NCBI GenBank assembly: GCA_964016885.1
Contig: OZ024764.1
Coordinates: 22,568,001 to 22,632,000 of the forward strand
Length of the DNA stretch: 64,000 nt
From: Eledone cirrhosa
Taxonomy: Eukaryota
Direction of reading: 5' to 3'
Of this stretch, positions 1 through 12,641 are shown one piece after another; position 1 is the stretch's first letter; each line of letters opens with the position of its first letter. The notes beneath the pieces were generated by a model that was not told the DNA's origin, searched no databases, and was given only the letters and a program-made list of their open reading frames with translations. A program made the translations under genes and the position numbers.

Positions 1-1927
<1,927 letters not shown>

Positions 1928-2241
1928 CAGTAGTACCTTAACCAAGCATGTGTGTATTCATACAGAAGTTTAGCTGTATCAATATCAAACTCATTACATC
2001 ATACTACAACAACAACAACAATTGTGTAGATCCATCATCCTTGCTAAAACTGGGGATAACCTTGTAGGTTTTACCTATGACAGGGATCATAAACACCAGG
2101 TTTCCATTTTTGAAGCAGTGTTTGAAGATTTTGTGTAAATTAAAGTTTTTCACATTAAAATTTCATTTATTATACTTTAACAGGTAAGATATATATTTGT
2201 ATTTTTAGTAAAGTTGGGAACTTCTGTAATTTAAACCTGCC

Positions 2242-2247
2242 AATAAA
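2242..2247 (+). terminator. Poly(A) signal of gene 1 (paralogous signals at 18103, 34941, 50078)
   Basis: AATAAA ~270-320 nt after the stop codon in all four units, followed by GT-rich TTGTTGTTG. Confidence 0.55.
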
Positions 2248-2374
2248 ATGAAAACGTTTGTTGTTGCTAGTCTGACATTGATATTAATTCTATTGTCCTG
2301 TACATTGTCTCAAATATCACAGATTAAACAGATTTTAACAATAACAACAGAAATCAATAACTTGTAAGCCTAAT

Positions 2375-3625
2375 ATCTAGCTTCCATTTTAACCATTTGA
2401 TATTGTTGTTCCCCTCCTGTCTCTTCAGGTCTTTTAGATTTCAACTTCTATCTACTGTACTATTCCATCACCAAGGCAACATTCATCTGGCTGGCAGCTT
2501 ACATCAACTACAAATCTCATCAGTGGTTCACAACAGGCTGTCTGAAAGAAACTTCCAGATATCTTCTATGTCAGAGCCATCAATCTCCTCCTCCTTATCA
2601 TATGTATCATGTAGAACATCTCTGAATTTATATTTAACAGGGAGATCTTTTACTGTCCCTACCCTTTTCTCTAGGTTGTCTTGTACCTCTCTCACAGTCC
2701 CTCTAGATCTTATATTTAACAGGGAGATCTTTTACTATCCCTACCCTTTTCTCTAGGTTGTCTTGTACCAGTCTCACAGTCCCTCTAGATCTTATATTTA
2801 ACAGGGAGATCTTTTACTGTCCCTACCCTTTTCTTTAGGTTGTCTTGTACCAGTCTCACAGTCCCTCTAGATCTTATATTTAACAGGGAGATATTTTACT
2901 ATCCCTACCCTTTTCTCTAGGTGGTGTTGTATCTCTCTCACAGTCCCTCTAGATCTTATATTTAACAGGGAGATATTTTTCTATCCCTACCCTTTTCTCT
3001 AGGTGGTGTTGTACCTCTCTCACAGTCCCTCTAGATCTTATATTTAACAGGGAGATCTTTTACTATCCCTACCCTCTTCACTAAGTTGTCTTGTACCTCT
3101 CTCACAGTCTTTCTAGATCTTATATTTAACAGGAAGATCTTTTATTATCTCTACCCTTTATTTAGGTTGTCTTGTACCTCTCTCACAGTCCCTCTAGATC
3201 TTATATTTAACGGTGATATTTTACTATCCCTACCTCTTTCTCTAGGTTGTCTTGTACCACCCTCACAGTCCCTCTAGATCTTATATTTAATAGGGAGATA
3301 TTTTACTGGCCCTACCCTTTTCTCTAGGTTGTCATGTACCTCTCTCACAGTCCCTCTAGATCTTATATTTAACAGGGAGATCTTTTACTTTCCAACCCTT
3401 CTATCTCCAGATAGTCTTGTATATGTCAGTCCCTCTAGATATTACACCTAGTATCTAGTCTATGTTGAGTGGTACGTTCTTCTACAGTAAAGGAGTTAAT
3501 ATTCCCAACCATCTGTCTATCCTGTTTTCTGATGAGAATGAAGTCAATCTAGTTTATCTCTTCACATGATTGAAGTAACTAGATGGTTTCCTCTAAGTTA
3601 GTGCTGCAATGTTTGTGTCACCATG
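2375..3625 (-). mobile_element. Decayed RTE LINE fragment (endonuclease end + linker); copies at ~18215-18680, 35075-35750, 50195-50900, 56617-56960
   Basis: Minus strand reads IDFILIRKQDRQMVGNINSFTVEERTTQHRL and IEDIWKFLSDSLL..DEICS, matching VDYILTRR..VVNTKSLPHEECTSQHRL of the RTE at 12.6-16 kb. Confidence 0.7.
2625..3440. repeat. 82-bp tandem repeat, ~10 copies (about 1.5-3 copies in the other units)
   Basis: Unit GATCTTATATTTAACAGGGAGATCTTTTACTATCCCTACCCTTTTCTCTAGGTTGTCTTGTACCTCTCTCACAGTCCCTCTA; period 2705 to 2787. Confidence 0.92.
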
Positions 3626-3721
3626 TAAGGTTTATATCTATTAATATAGAGATGTAGTAAAGTTTTCACTGTTGTATCTCTATTTTCTAAATATCTTAAT
3701 AATGTTTCTCTACTATTTCAG

Positions 3722-4075
3722 AATATCACATGACCTTGACAGAAAAGAGTCTTTTAAAGACAACAGAAAGATGTTACATACAAGTGATATAAACTTGTTT
3801 AGTCTGTGGTGAATTATGGTGAAATATTTCTTCTGAATTGAGATAAATAACAACATTTTCCTTTTTCACTGTCTGGAATATTTACAAGATGATTTTACAT
3901 TCTGATTAAACTTTGGATATTTACAAAGGAGTTTTCAAAATATTTGGATATTGACAAAGATCACATTTGGTAAAATTATGAACAATAGAAATATTTACAT
4001 CAACATAGGAATATTTTCCAGAAGAGATGGGAAAATCATTATACCACTGTAATATTTGTGGTAAAATATTCTCTC
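3722..4075 (+). pseudogene. Vestigial ZNF exon (acceptor + leader homology + half finger); copies start at 18774, 35847, 50993, 57054
   Basis: Acceptor AATGTTTCTCTACTATTTCAG|AATA resembles the functional acceptors; CACTGTCTGGAATATTTACAAGATGATTTTA matches the gene 3 leader at ~32420; ATG at 4027 reads MGKSLYHCNICGKIFS and then breaks off. Confidence 0.7.
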
Positions 4076-4217
4076 TTCTTTATATGTAGAACATCTAACT
4101 AAACACTTTAATTAACAAACTATTGTGCTATAGAATTGACAAACTTGAGCAATGTTTAATAAATGTTACAGATTTCTCCAAACTATCATTTACTAACGTT
4201 AATTTGAAGCTATATTA

Positions 4218-4568
4218 TCTCTATACTACTAAAACTCTGTGATTGTGTCTTGTCTGTAATTTAATACAGCTAAAACAGTGCATAATGGGGAAATACTTTG
4301 AAAGGAATAAAACAAGATTCGTATAAAATGGAGCACAGGTTCCCAAGATACGGGGGTTTCTGGATACCTTCATAAATATAGGGAGAGAATGAGATAGTGG
4401 TTGTGAGAGAGAGGGAGCTGTGGTGTTGTTTAATAAAATATGTGTGTGTATATATATATACGTATGTGTATATATATATATATGTATGTGTATATTTTAA
4501 CTATTTTAAAATGACTTTTAAAAAATAGTTTTAAGGGAACGTGACCCAACAGGTCCCGGGTGGTCTAG
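4218..4568 (+). mobile_element. Non-autonomous Helitron-like element; copies 19270-19660, 36343-36758, 51486-51830 (3' end deleted), 57550-57878
   Basis: A|TC(TC/TA)TATACTACTAAAA 5' end; GC-rich subterminal GACCCAACAGGTCCCGGGT then CTAG|T 3' end; internal GA/TA microsatellites; no TSD. Confidence 0.6.
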
Positions 4569-4974
4569 TTTGTTACTAAATACTAGATATTAGAGGGTCA
4601 TGTTGTTCTAGATGTGCTGGAAGAGCCATTCCATCTCGTGAGGCTCACACCAGCAGCTAGCCACCTCAGCACCTATGGTGGTATATTTATTATATTATTT
4701 ATTCTTTATCATTAACATTAATATAAAAGATAATTATATATTTTTAGAGAAGAACCTCTAATTTTATATAGCTTAGGGCTTCAGTAGGTAAAAGTCTGGC
4801 CCGTCTTGTCTTGTATTTTTTAGGGGAGAAGTTAGGGAATACTGTTATTGTGTGAAAGTTTTCTAAATCTTCTTCAGCCACTAACATGGAGAAGATATTT
4901 CAGTAAGAAGGTTCACATCCTGACATCTATAGCTGTTAACAATGAGATTGGAATTCATTATTAAACAAATGTTA

Positions 4975-5592
4975 TATCATCATCACTGTTTAACATCAGT
5001 TTTTCCACACTGGCATGGGTTAGACAAGTTATCCTGTTGTAAGCAATGCCAGGTCAGGTGACCACGTGTTGCTCCTACAGAACAAATTTTGGATTGGTTT
5101 CTATAGCTGGATGCCCTTCCTAGCACCAACCTTATTTACATTGAGTACTGGGTGCATTTTACCAGCACGACCACTTTACAGTGTGGACTGGGTACTTTTT
5201 GTTGTGACACCTACATGACCATTTTAAAGTTTTGGCTGGGTACTTTTTGTTGTCACCTACATGACCACTTTACAGTGTGGGCTGGGTGCTTTTTGCTGTG
5301 ACACCTACGCAACCGCTTTATAGTGTGGGCTGGTTTCTTTTTGTCATATCACCTACATGACCAGTTTATAGTAATGGCTATGTGTTCTTTACAGTGTGGG
5401 CTGGTTTCTTTTTGTCATATCACCTACATGACCACCTTATAATGTTGACTGTGTGTTCTTTGCAGTGTGGGCTGGTTTCTTTTTGTCATATCACCTACAT
5501 GACCACCTTATAATGTTGACTGTGTATTCTCTATAGTGTGGGTTGGGTGCTTTTTGTCATATCTCCTACCCAACCACTTTGCAGTGTGGGCA
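4975..5592 (-). mobile_element. RTE 3'-UTR-derived fragment with (GAT)n tail and internal ~45-60 bp tandem expansion; copies ~20068-20918, 36945-37152, 52095-52633, 58285-59313
   Basis: Reverse complement gives CCCATGCCAGTGTGGAAAAACTGATGTTAAACAGTGATGATGAT and GGTTGGTGCTAGGAAGGGCATCCAGCT, matching 15895-16047. Confidence 0.7.
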
Positions 5593-5599
5593 GTGAAAT

Positions 5600-6135
5600 A
5601 TCAGTAATGCACCAGCTCCAATATTCAGTAATCAGAAGAAGGGAGGTAGGCATAAAAGCCAAACTTGCTGTCTTCAATTAGCTTTTTGTGCCAACCCTTA
5701 CCTATGGTCACATATCTTGGGTAATGACCAAAAGAATATGATTGGGAATACAAATGGCAGATATGGGATTCCTCTGAAGGGTCTTTGAAGGAATGTTTCT
5801 CAATGAAGTGCATAGCTCTGAGATCAGAGAGTCACTCCAGGTGGAGCTGTTACTTCTCCGAATTGAGAGATCACAGCTGCAATACTATGGCCATGTGGTT
5901 AGAATGTCTGAGGAAAGAATCACTGGATAGATTTTACAGGCAAAACTAACCGGCAGGAGACCCAGGGGTAGACCTGAGCAAGATGGTCACATAACATCCA
6001 TGAGCTTGGCTGGTCTCTCTGGGAGATCCAGACACATAAGTTGGAGTGGGTTGCTTCTGACAGGACCTGTTGGAGGGAGTGTTTGAGGACTCTGCCCCCA
6101 AGACCCTCTCTGGAATAAGTGGGTTAATAAGAAGA
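5600..6135 (+). mobile_element. RTE-clade LINE 3' fragment of a second subfamily; copies ~20925, 37155, 52640, 59315
   Basis: Reads FVPTLTYGHISWVMTKR..IRESLQVELLLLRIERSQLQYYGHVVRMSEER..GRRPRGRP, with stops. Confidence 0.8.
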
Positions 6136-6426
6136 GGTTGATGTTACATAATCAACATCAGATTTCCCTGCTAGCAAGGGTTTAATGAGTCTACTTCAAC
6201 CAAGTAAGTACTGAAGTGCGGCTACTGATCTCCCAGACAGACCAAGGATCTGAGACTTATTTACATAAGGTCTCATTTGCTACTGAGTGCACAGAAAAGG
6301 TTGTCATGTCTTTGTCATGATTGAAGGGTTCTCCGACACTATTGTCGGGCAAGCTTTCTATGACTAGATGTCCTTCACATGACCAACCACATTACAGCCT
6401 GTGTTGGGTGTGTTTATCATGTAGGT

Positions 6427-8472
6427 GAGACATAACAAACTGAGGGTTCCCCAAGGGCCACATAGGTCACATGTGTTGTCTGAGGGTTGCACACTACAAC
6501 TAATTATGTACACGACAACTTATTAGTCATTTAATAAAATATATTGCAGAAAGATTTGTTACTTAAATTTAGAAACATACAATGTACATACAAATGTTTT
6601 AGCAGCATTCATGAATACAAAGTAATGAAGTAGTTTGATAAAAAAACTAAAATTTCACATGTCATCATATACTTGCAGATTGTAACATCAACAAATACAT
6701 TGTACACAAATAACAACAGTTGAAAACTGAACATTTATTTGCTACTATTCAACCATTTTTAGTCTTTTGTCCTGAGGCTTGACACTTCTTTCTGTTGACA
6801 ATGTTTGGTATATCTGGCTGAAATGTCTGCACAGTTCCAACTTTAATCAGAAATGACAAGTGTTGATCTTTCAGCCTTGTTCTCTGAGAAGTTTTTGTTA
6901 AGCTAAGTACAGACTCAGTATGGGCAGTGATTTTCAGCTCTTTGCACATAAGAAAATGAATTAAATTTTCATCTGACAACGGAGACTTCCATAAGCTAAG
7001 TTTTCTAATGAAGAACTTGATGTCATCATACAACTGAGTGATGGGTTTGTTTTTACCTTGTAATTTCAAATTAAGATCAGTTAATTGTGCAGTAATATCC
7101 ACAAATAAAGCCAGATGTTGGAGCCAACTATTATCTTTTGTTTCATCTGTGTTTTGACCTTTCATCTCCAAAAACATAATTATTTCAACAAATAGCATCT
7201 TTTCAGCACTTTGTGACATGTCAACCAGCAGACTTCTGTGTAGAATGGAACATCGGTGAACTGATTATCCATATCTTCCAACAACTGGCTGAACTGACGG
7301 TGGTTGAGAGCACGGCCTCTGATTTCGTTCACTATCTTTGTGACCAAGCTAAGCACATGATGCAATTTTAAAATCTTTGAACATAAATTTTGCTGATGAA
7401 TAATACAGTGAAAATGTGCAAATGATGAATCTAGATATGAGTTTTCTATTTTTGTTTGTAACTTGGCAGCAACACCATTATGTCTACCAACCATATTTGC
7501 AGCACTGTCAGTAGATAAACATGCAAGTTTACTCAGATCAAAACCATGCAGACACTGCTTGACCTTCTCAAAGATGTCCTGGCTTGTTATAGTGTCATGC
7601 ATGGGGACCAGTTCAATCAGTTCTTCATAAATATTAAATTCACAGTCACAGGCCCTGATGAAGAATGCAAGCTGTACTATTCCAGTGATGTCAACAGTCT
7701 CTTCAATAGCAATAGAAACATGTTCAAACCTTGATGATACAGCCTTTAACTATTGTTTCAGATCACCTGACATTTCATTAATCTGTTCAGCAACAGTGTT
7801 CCTGGTTAATGAAATGTCTTTGAATAACTCTGCTTTCTCTGGACAATTTCAGCTGTTTTTACAAGACATTACTTTACAAAATCTCCTTCACTGTAAGATT
7901 TCCCACTCATGGCAATCATTTGACTGAGTTCATAGCTTGCAGTTACGGAAGTGACATCCTCTTCCTGAATTAACATAAAACAGGTCTGTTGCTGTGTCAA
8001 GTTAGACTTCAATTCCTTGAGTCTTGAAACACACATTGGGCCTTCATATTTATCATAAGATTGATGGTTTGTTTCATAATGTCTTTTTAAATTGTACTCT
8101 TTTGGCGTGGCGATGTAGTTGTTGCAAATTATACAGTGTATCTTTCTGTTCACCATTGGGCAAAAATACTGTAATTCCCACTTTTCTTGAAACACTTGCC
8201 CTTCTTCGTTCAATTTCCTTTTTCTCTTAGCTGGAGGAGCACTAACCATTTCAAAAACAAAATCTTTTGAAATTTTTAAAGAAAGTTTTCTGTTAATGAG
8301 CTGCACGTGATTAATGGAAGTTAAAAGTCGTTGACAAAATTTGCAAAAAAAAAATTATTGTATCGAAAATGTTTTAAATTTTATATTACGAAAATGAAAT
8401 ATGCTCGCACTGTAAAAACCTTTGTGTGGGCCGCAGGTTTGCTTGCCAAAGGCCGCATGTTTGACATGTCTG
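6427..8472 (-). mobile_element. hAT DNA transposon (Buster/Charlie/SPIN-like), internally deleted and decayed
   Basis: Transposase fragments (FQEKWELQYF..CIIC..KEYNLKRHYETNH; CLSTDSAANMVG; HCIIHQQNLC; LNLKLQGK); degenerate TIR CAGACATGTCAAAC; 8-bp TSD ATGTAGGT at 6419-6426 and 8473-8480 (nnnTAnnn). Confidence 0.92.
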
Positions 8473-8559
8473 ATGTAGGTTACCAACACTAGGCTGGGCA
8501 GCATGTCCATCAGTGTCTTCTGCTACATTAACTACCAGGAGGTCACCACATGAGACAAA

Positions 8560-9040
8560 GACCAAAGACTACATTTCAAAGAAGGGTCATAAAAGAACTA
8601 AATACAAAAGTCCTCGCAGCAAAAAACAAATAATTGAGCTTTGGGTCTAGGTCAAGGGGCTGAAGTGCTGTACCCTGTGGATAAGACTGCAAAAGTATTC
8701 GCGCCGGACAGTGACACCCACTGCAATAGCCACCCCAACCCCATGGGACTCCCTCTTCAGACGGGCCACCAACGTTCTGATCTTACAGAGGAGCTTGGCA
8801 GTACGGGGTCCAAGTACTTCTGAGGTCTCGATGGTGACCGGTGTGAAGAGACCTACAATTGATGTCATCCCAGTTATGTTGGACTGTAATATACTGGGGT
8901 ATAGAGAGGCCTTAATCTGTCTCAGCCGAGCCACCCAGGGTTGTGTCATCTAGGTACTAGACAGGGGTGACTAGACCATGTTGTCAACTGTCAGCACCAA
9001 TAGGAGTGAGGCGAGTGGGTCCCCTTGCTAGACACCATAT
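8560..9040 (-). mobile_element. Internally deleted CRE-clade non-LTR remnant; copies ~40440-40915, 55580-56045, 62090-62320
   Basis: Minus strand: GV*QGDPLASLLLVL..(W)YLDDTTLGG joined to FTPVTIETSEVLGPRTAKLL, homologous to the RT and RLE tail of the 43-46 kb element. Confidence 0.7.
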
Positions 9041-9280
9041 ATAAAACGTATTTGCTAATTACTTTAATGAATAATTTGTTTCATACGTAATTATTACTTT
9101 TAACACAATAGGATTTTGTACACGTGTTTGTTTGAAAACATCTTTCAAAGAAGTATGAGACAGTCTTTTGTAGTGTTTATTATAATAAATTACTGTATGT
9201 TGAGCTGTTTTAACTTCTCCACCTTCTATTATTTCATATTGTTTTTGTAAAAAAACGAGATCTTTTTCATATATATATAT

Positions 9281-9391
9281 GAAGGCGTGTGGCTGAGTGG
9301 TTAGAGAATTGGATTCGGAATTGTGAGTTCGATTCTCAGACTGGGCGGTGCGTTATGTCCTTGAGCAAGACATTTTATTTCACGTTGCTCC
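9281..9391 (+). mobile_element. tRNA-derived SINE 5' part; copies 41159-41265, 62562-62680; minus-strand relative at ~22160-22258
   Basis: A box TGGCTGAGTGG, B box GAGTTCGATTC, followed by GTCCTTGAGCAAGACA body. Confidence 0.75.
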
Positions 9392-10274
9392 TTCTACCTG
9401 GAGTTGCGACCGATAGATAGTATTAGCAATTGGAAAGACCAATGGAAACATTGTTTCCTCGGTCCGATTTGACGAAAAGTTGATCATAAAAAATATATAT
9501 ATATAGAGAGAGAGAGAGAGAAAAACACACAAACATACACTACTGTATTACATATGTAAGGGGAGATAACTCTCGTTACATCCACCCTTCTTTTTGATAT
9601 ACGTACTTTAACTACTTTGTTCAATGGAATCTGCTTTATTTTGTCCTAAGTAGATTTCTGTTTAAGTATTTACGAGATTCACAATGATTCACGTAACCAA
9701 GTTACTTACATAGAGATATATTTCACATAGAATCACAACAAATGAAAATATTAAGTCAACACTCTGTCAATCAGTCTCACATCACATGGGGTGCTGGAGT
9801 CTCCTTCTAATACTTTCTGCGACAGTCTTACCTCGAGTGATAGCAAGGCTAAGATGTTGGAACTACCAAATACCCTCATATGTATCACCTGAACACCTCG
9901 GTAAGGAGAGCTGCCAACGATAACAAGAACCTCGTTGTCAGGGACCTATCTCTTCCAAACTTCTCCAACACCACAGACTAGAATATTCTACTCTTTATTC
10001 CGTATCAAATATATTTCAGTCTAGTCATTTGTCTTGTATCTTGTATATGTATTTTGAAAACTAACTGTCACATTTGTGAGACCCCAGTTAGTGATGTTTT
10101 CGTCTCCCTCCCACATCCTACATGCTGTAGTAAAAGTGAGGGTCACTGCTTCTGTAGACGAACGAAATAAAAGTTAAACTACCAGTAATTATCGGCAAAG
10201 TATTTATTCCAGTCTGTGATGTTTGAGAAGCTGGGCTGCTGACAACGAAGTTGTGGTCACTGTTGGCGGCTGGC

Positions 10275-10531
10275 TTTACCGAAGTACCCGATGACTCTTG
10301 TGAGGGTACTTAGCTGTTCTGGCGGTTTAGCCTCCATGACATGATTTTACTGAGATACCCGGTGATCTCTGTCAGGGTACTTAGCTGTTCTGGCGGTTTA
10401 GCCTCCATATGACCCGATCTTACCGAGATACCCGGTGATCTCTGTCAGGGTACTTAGCTGTTCTGGCAACTTAGCCCCCATATGACCCGATTTACCGAAG
10501 CACCCGGTGATCTGTGTAAGAGTACTTAGCT
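10275..10531 (-). repeat. ~72-bp tandem repeat, 3.5 copies (1.5 copies at ~42135, 3.5 at ~63552)
   Basis: TTACCGAGATACCCGGTGATCTCTGTCAGGGTACTTAGCTGTTCTGGC... recurs at 10277, 10347, 10420, 10492. Confidence 0.85.
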
Positions 10532-11185
10532 GGGCATAGGTTAAGTTTTACGTCCTCGAAAATGAAACTAGGTTTTCTGACAAGTGAATGTGTTTTTTTT
10601 TTTTTTCCAATGAAATTTACGATACACTCTTTGTTTACTTACAACAGGTCTCTATAGTGATATGGTGTTAATTAGTATTGCGTGTGTGATTATTTTCTCT
10701 TATATATATGTGTGTGGGTGTGTATATGTGTGTATATATATGTGCCTGTATGTATATATATATATGTGTGTTTGTATATATATATGTGTTTGTGTCATCA
10801 TCATCGTTTACATGTTTTTACCCAAATCCCTTATCATTCTCTGTCCTTCCTATGACCCGGCCTTAATTTGTTTATAGTTGGTGCCAACTTTGGCAAGATA
10901 TTACAAAAACATCTAAACGATGATGATGACACAAACACATATATATATACAAACACACATATATATATATATATATACATACAGACACACATATACACAC
11001 CCACACATATATATATAAGAAATAATAATCACACACGCAATACTAATTAACACCATATCACTATAGAGACCTGTTGTAAATAAACAAAGAGTGTATCGTA
11101 AATTTCATTGTAAAAAAAAACAAACACATTCACTTGTCAGAAAACCTAGTTTCATTTTCGAGGACGTAAAACTTAACCTATGCCC
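10532..11185. mobile_element. 654-bp foldback/MITE with ~290-bp inverted arms and 6-bp TSD TTAGCT
   Basis: GGGCATAGGTTAAGTTTTACGTCCTCG...CGAGGACGTAAAACTTAACCTATGCCC; TTAGCT on both sides; empty site at ~42243. Confidence 0.92.
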
Positions 11186-11273
11186 TTAGCTGTTCTATTT
11201 TAATTACATTTACTGATTTCAACTTTCATTTTTTTATTACAAACTTTACATAATTTAATTCCGTAAAAATATT

Positions 11274-11406
11274 TTACGTCACAAAAAAATCATGAAGCAT
11301 GCGCAGTGGTGCAGTTGTCGACTTCCTGTCCACGTGTTAGTCTTCCTACAACATCATTTAGACAACATTTCTGTAAATACTAAACACCTGAAACTATAAT
11401 GTAAGT
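11274..11406 (+). promoter_or_regulatory. Candidate promoter and non-coding exon 1 of gene 2
   Basis: TTACGTCA (11274), GCATGCGCA NRF1-like (11297), ACTTCCTGT ETS-like (11321), CACGTG (11331), Inr-like TTAGTC, then donor AAT|GTAAGT at 11401; implies intron 11401-16434. Confidence 0.55.
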
Positions 11407-11934
11407 ATTATGTCTATTAATATTGTAGATTTAAGCTCACTTTTCACATCACAAATATATATTTTCTTGTTTGTTTCATTACTGGAAATATAAAATGTTA
11501 TCGTAATTATCTATATTTTACCTACCTCTAATTAATTAAAGTGAAAACTTTTGTTGTTGCTGAAAAATAAATTAACAAAACTAAATATTTAAATATTCTA
11601 AAGGTCGTTTTTATATTATGTGATGATATAATTAATATATTTTATTACAATTGTATAAATTTACAGTAGAATAACGTTGTAAATATGTTTTAAATATATA
11701 CATAAATAACGTGTGTAAATAACATTATAAATTGCTGGCAATTCCTTGAGAAAGACATTACAAATATATTGTCTAAACTGTGTATAATAATATAATTTAT
11801 TGAACAATAATGATAAAGGAAAGAAAAACACAGAGGGAGATGGCAATTGACCACCAAGTGTGATAATAGGCCACACCTCACACCTTAGGGGTTAACTACA
11901 CACTTTGAGGCAAGCCAACACACTGGCAGCATTA

Positions 11935-12274
11935 CTAAGGTGTTGAAATAACCAGGTACCCTCACGGGTATCACCTGGTGCCTCGGTAAGGCGAGGCTAA
12001 GGTGCTGAAATAACCAGGTACCCTCACGGGTATCACCTGACACCTCGGTAAGGTGAGGCTAAGGTGCTGAAATAACCAGGTACCCTCACGGGTATCACCT
12101 GACACCTTGGTAAGGTGAGGCTAAGGTGCTGAAATAACCAGGTACCCTCACGGTATCACCTGACACCTCGGTAAGGTGAGGCTAAGGGGCTGAAATAACC
12201 AGGTACCCTCACAGGTATCACCTGACACCTTGGTAAGGTGAGGCTAAGGTGCTGAAATAACCAGGTACCCTCAC
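11935..12274 (+). repeat. 62-bp tandem repeat, ~5.5 copies (~2.5 copies at ~26995 and ~46560)
   Basis: Unit CTAAGGTGCTGAAATAACCAGGTACCCTCACGGGTATCACCTGACACCTCGGTAAGGTGAGG. Confidence 0.9.
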
Positions 12275-12631
12275 GGAAATGACTAGATTTGTAGAAAAAG
12301 TAGGGTGAAAGTATACGAAGAGATGTAGTTTCACAGATCTACTCACACCTCACGTTGGGTGGGAAATAATTATTTTTCTTAGATTTTTTTCTAGACCCCT
12401 TTTCAATATTTTCTCTGAACCCCTTAGATACTTGCAATAGACGTTTTATTCCCCAGTATTAGGGTTAGGGTTTCCGTTTTCAGGAAGAAATGTCGATTGC
12501 AAAGATCTAAGAGCTCGAGAAAAATAATAAGGAAAGATAATTATTTCCCAGCCAACTGGAGAAGTGTGTAGCTCTTCTAAGCTCTGATAATCCTGTCTCC
12601 CACTTCTTTATCTACAAATCTAGTCGTTTCC
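12275..12631. mobile_element. ~357-bp palindromic MITE; copies 27156-27515 and 46721-47080
   Basis: TIR GGAAA(C/T)GACTAGATTTGTAGA / TCTACAAATCTAGTCGTTTCC, further inverted blocks inside, central TTAGGGTTAGGG; no clear TSD. Confidence 0.8.
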
Positions 12632-12641
12632 TGCTACTTTG

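Noticed and set aside
6749-8306. Host GTF2IRD2/ZBED-like gene
   Set aside because: Bounded by TIRs and an 8-bp TSD and broken by frameshifts, so it is a transposon relic.
9281-9350. tRNA gene
   Set aside because: Only A and B boxes are present, there is no convincing cloverleaf, and the sequence continues into a SINE body.
11935-12274. CRISPR-like or hammerhead interpretation of the 62-, 72- and 82-bp repeats
   Set aside because: The units are contiguous with no unique spacers, there are no cas genes, the context is eukaryotic, and no CTGANGA...GAAA core is seen.
12459-12472. Interstitial telomere
   Set aside because: Only two TTAGGG units, located inside a MITE.
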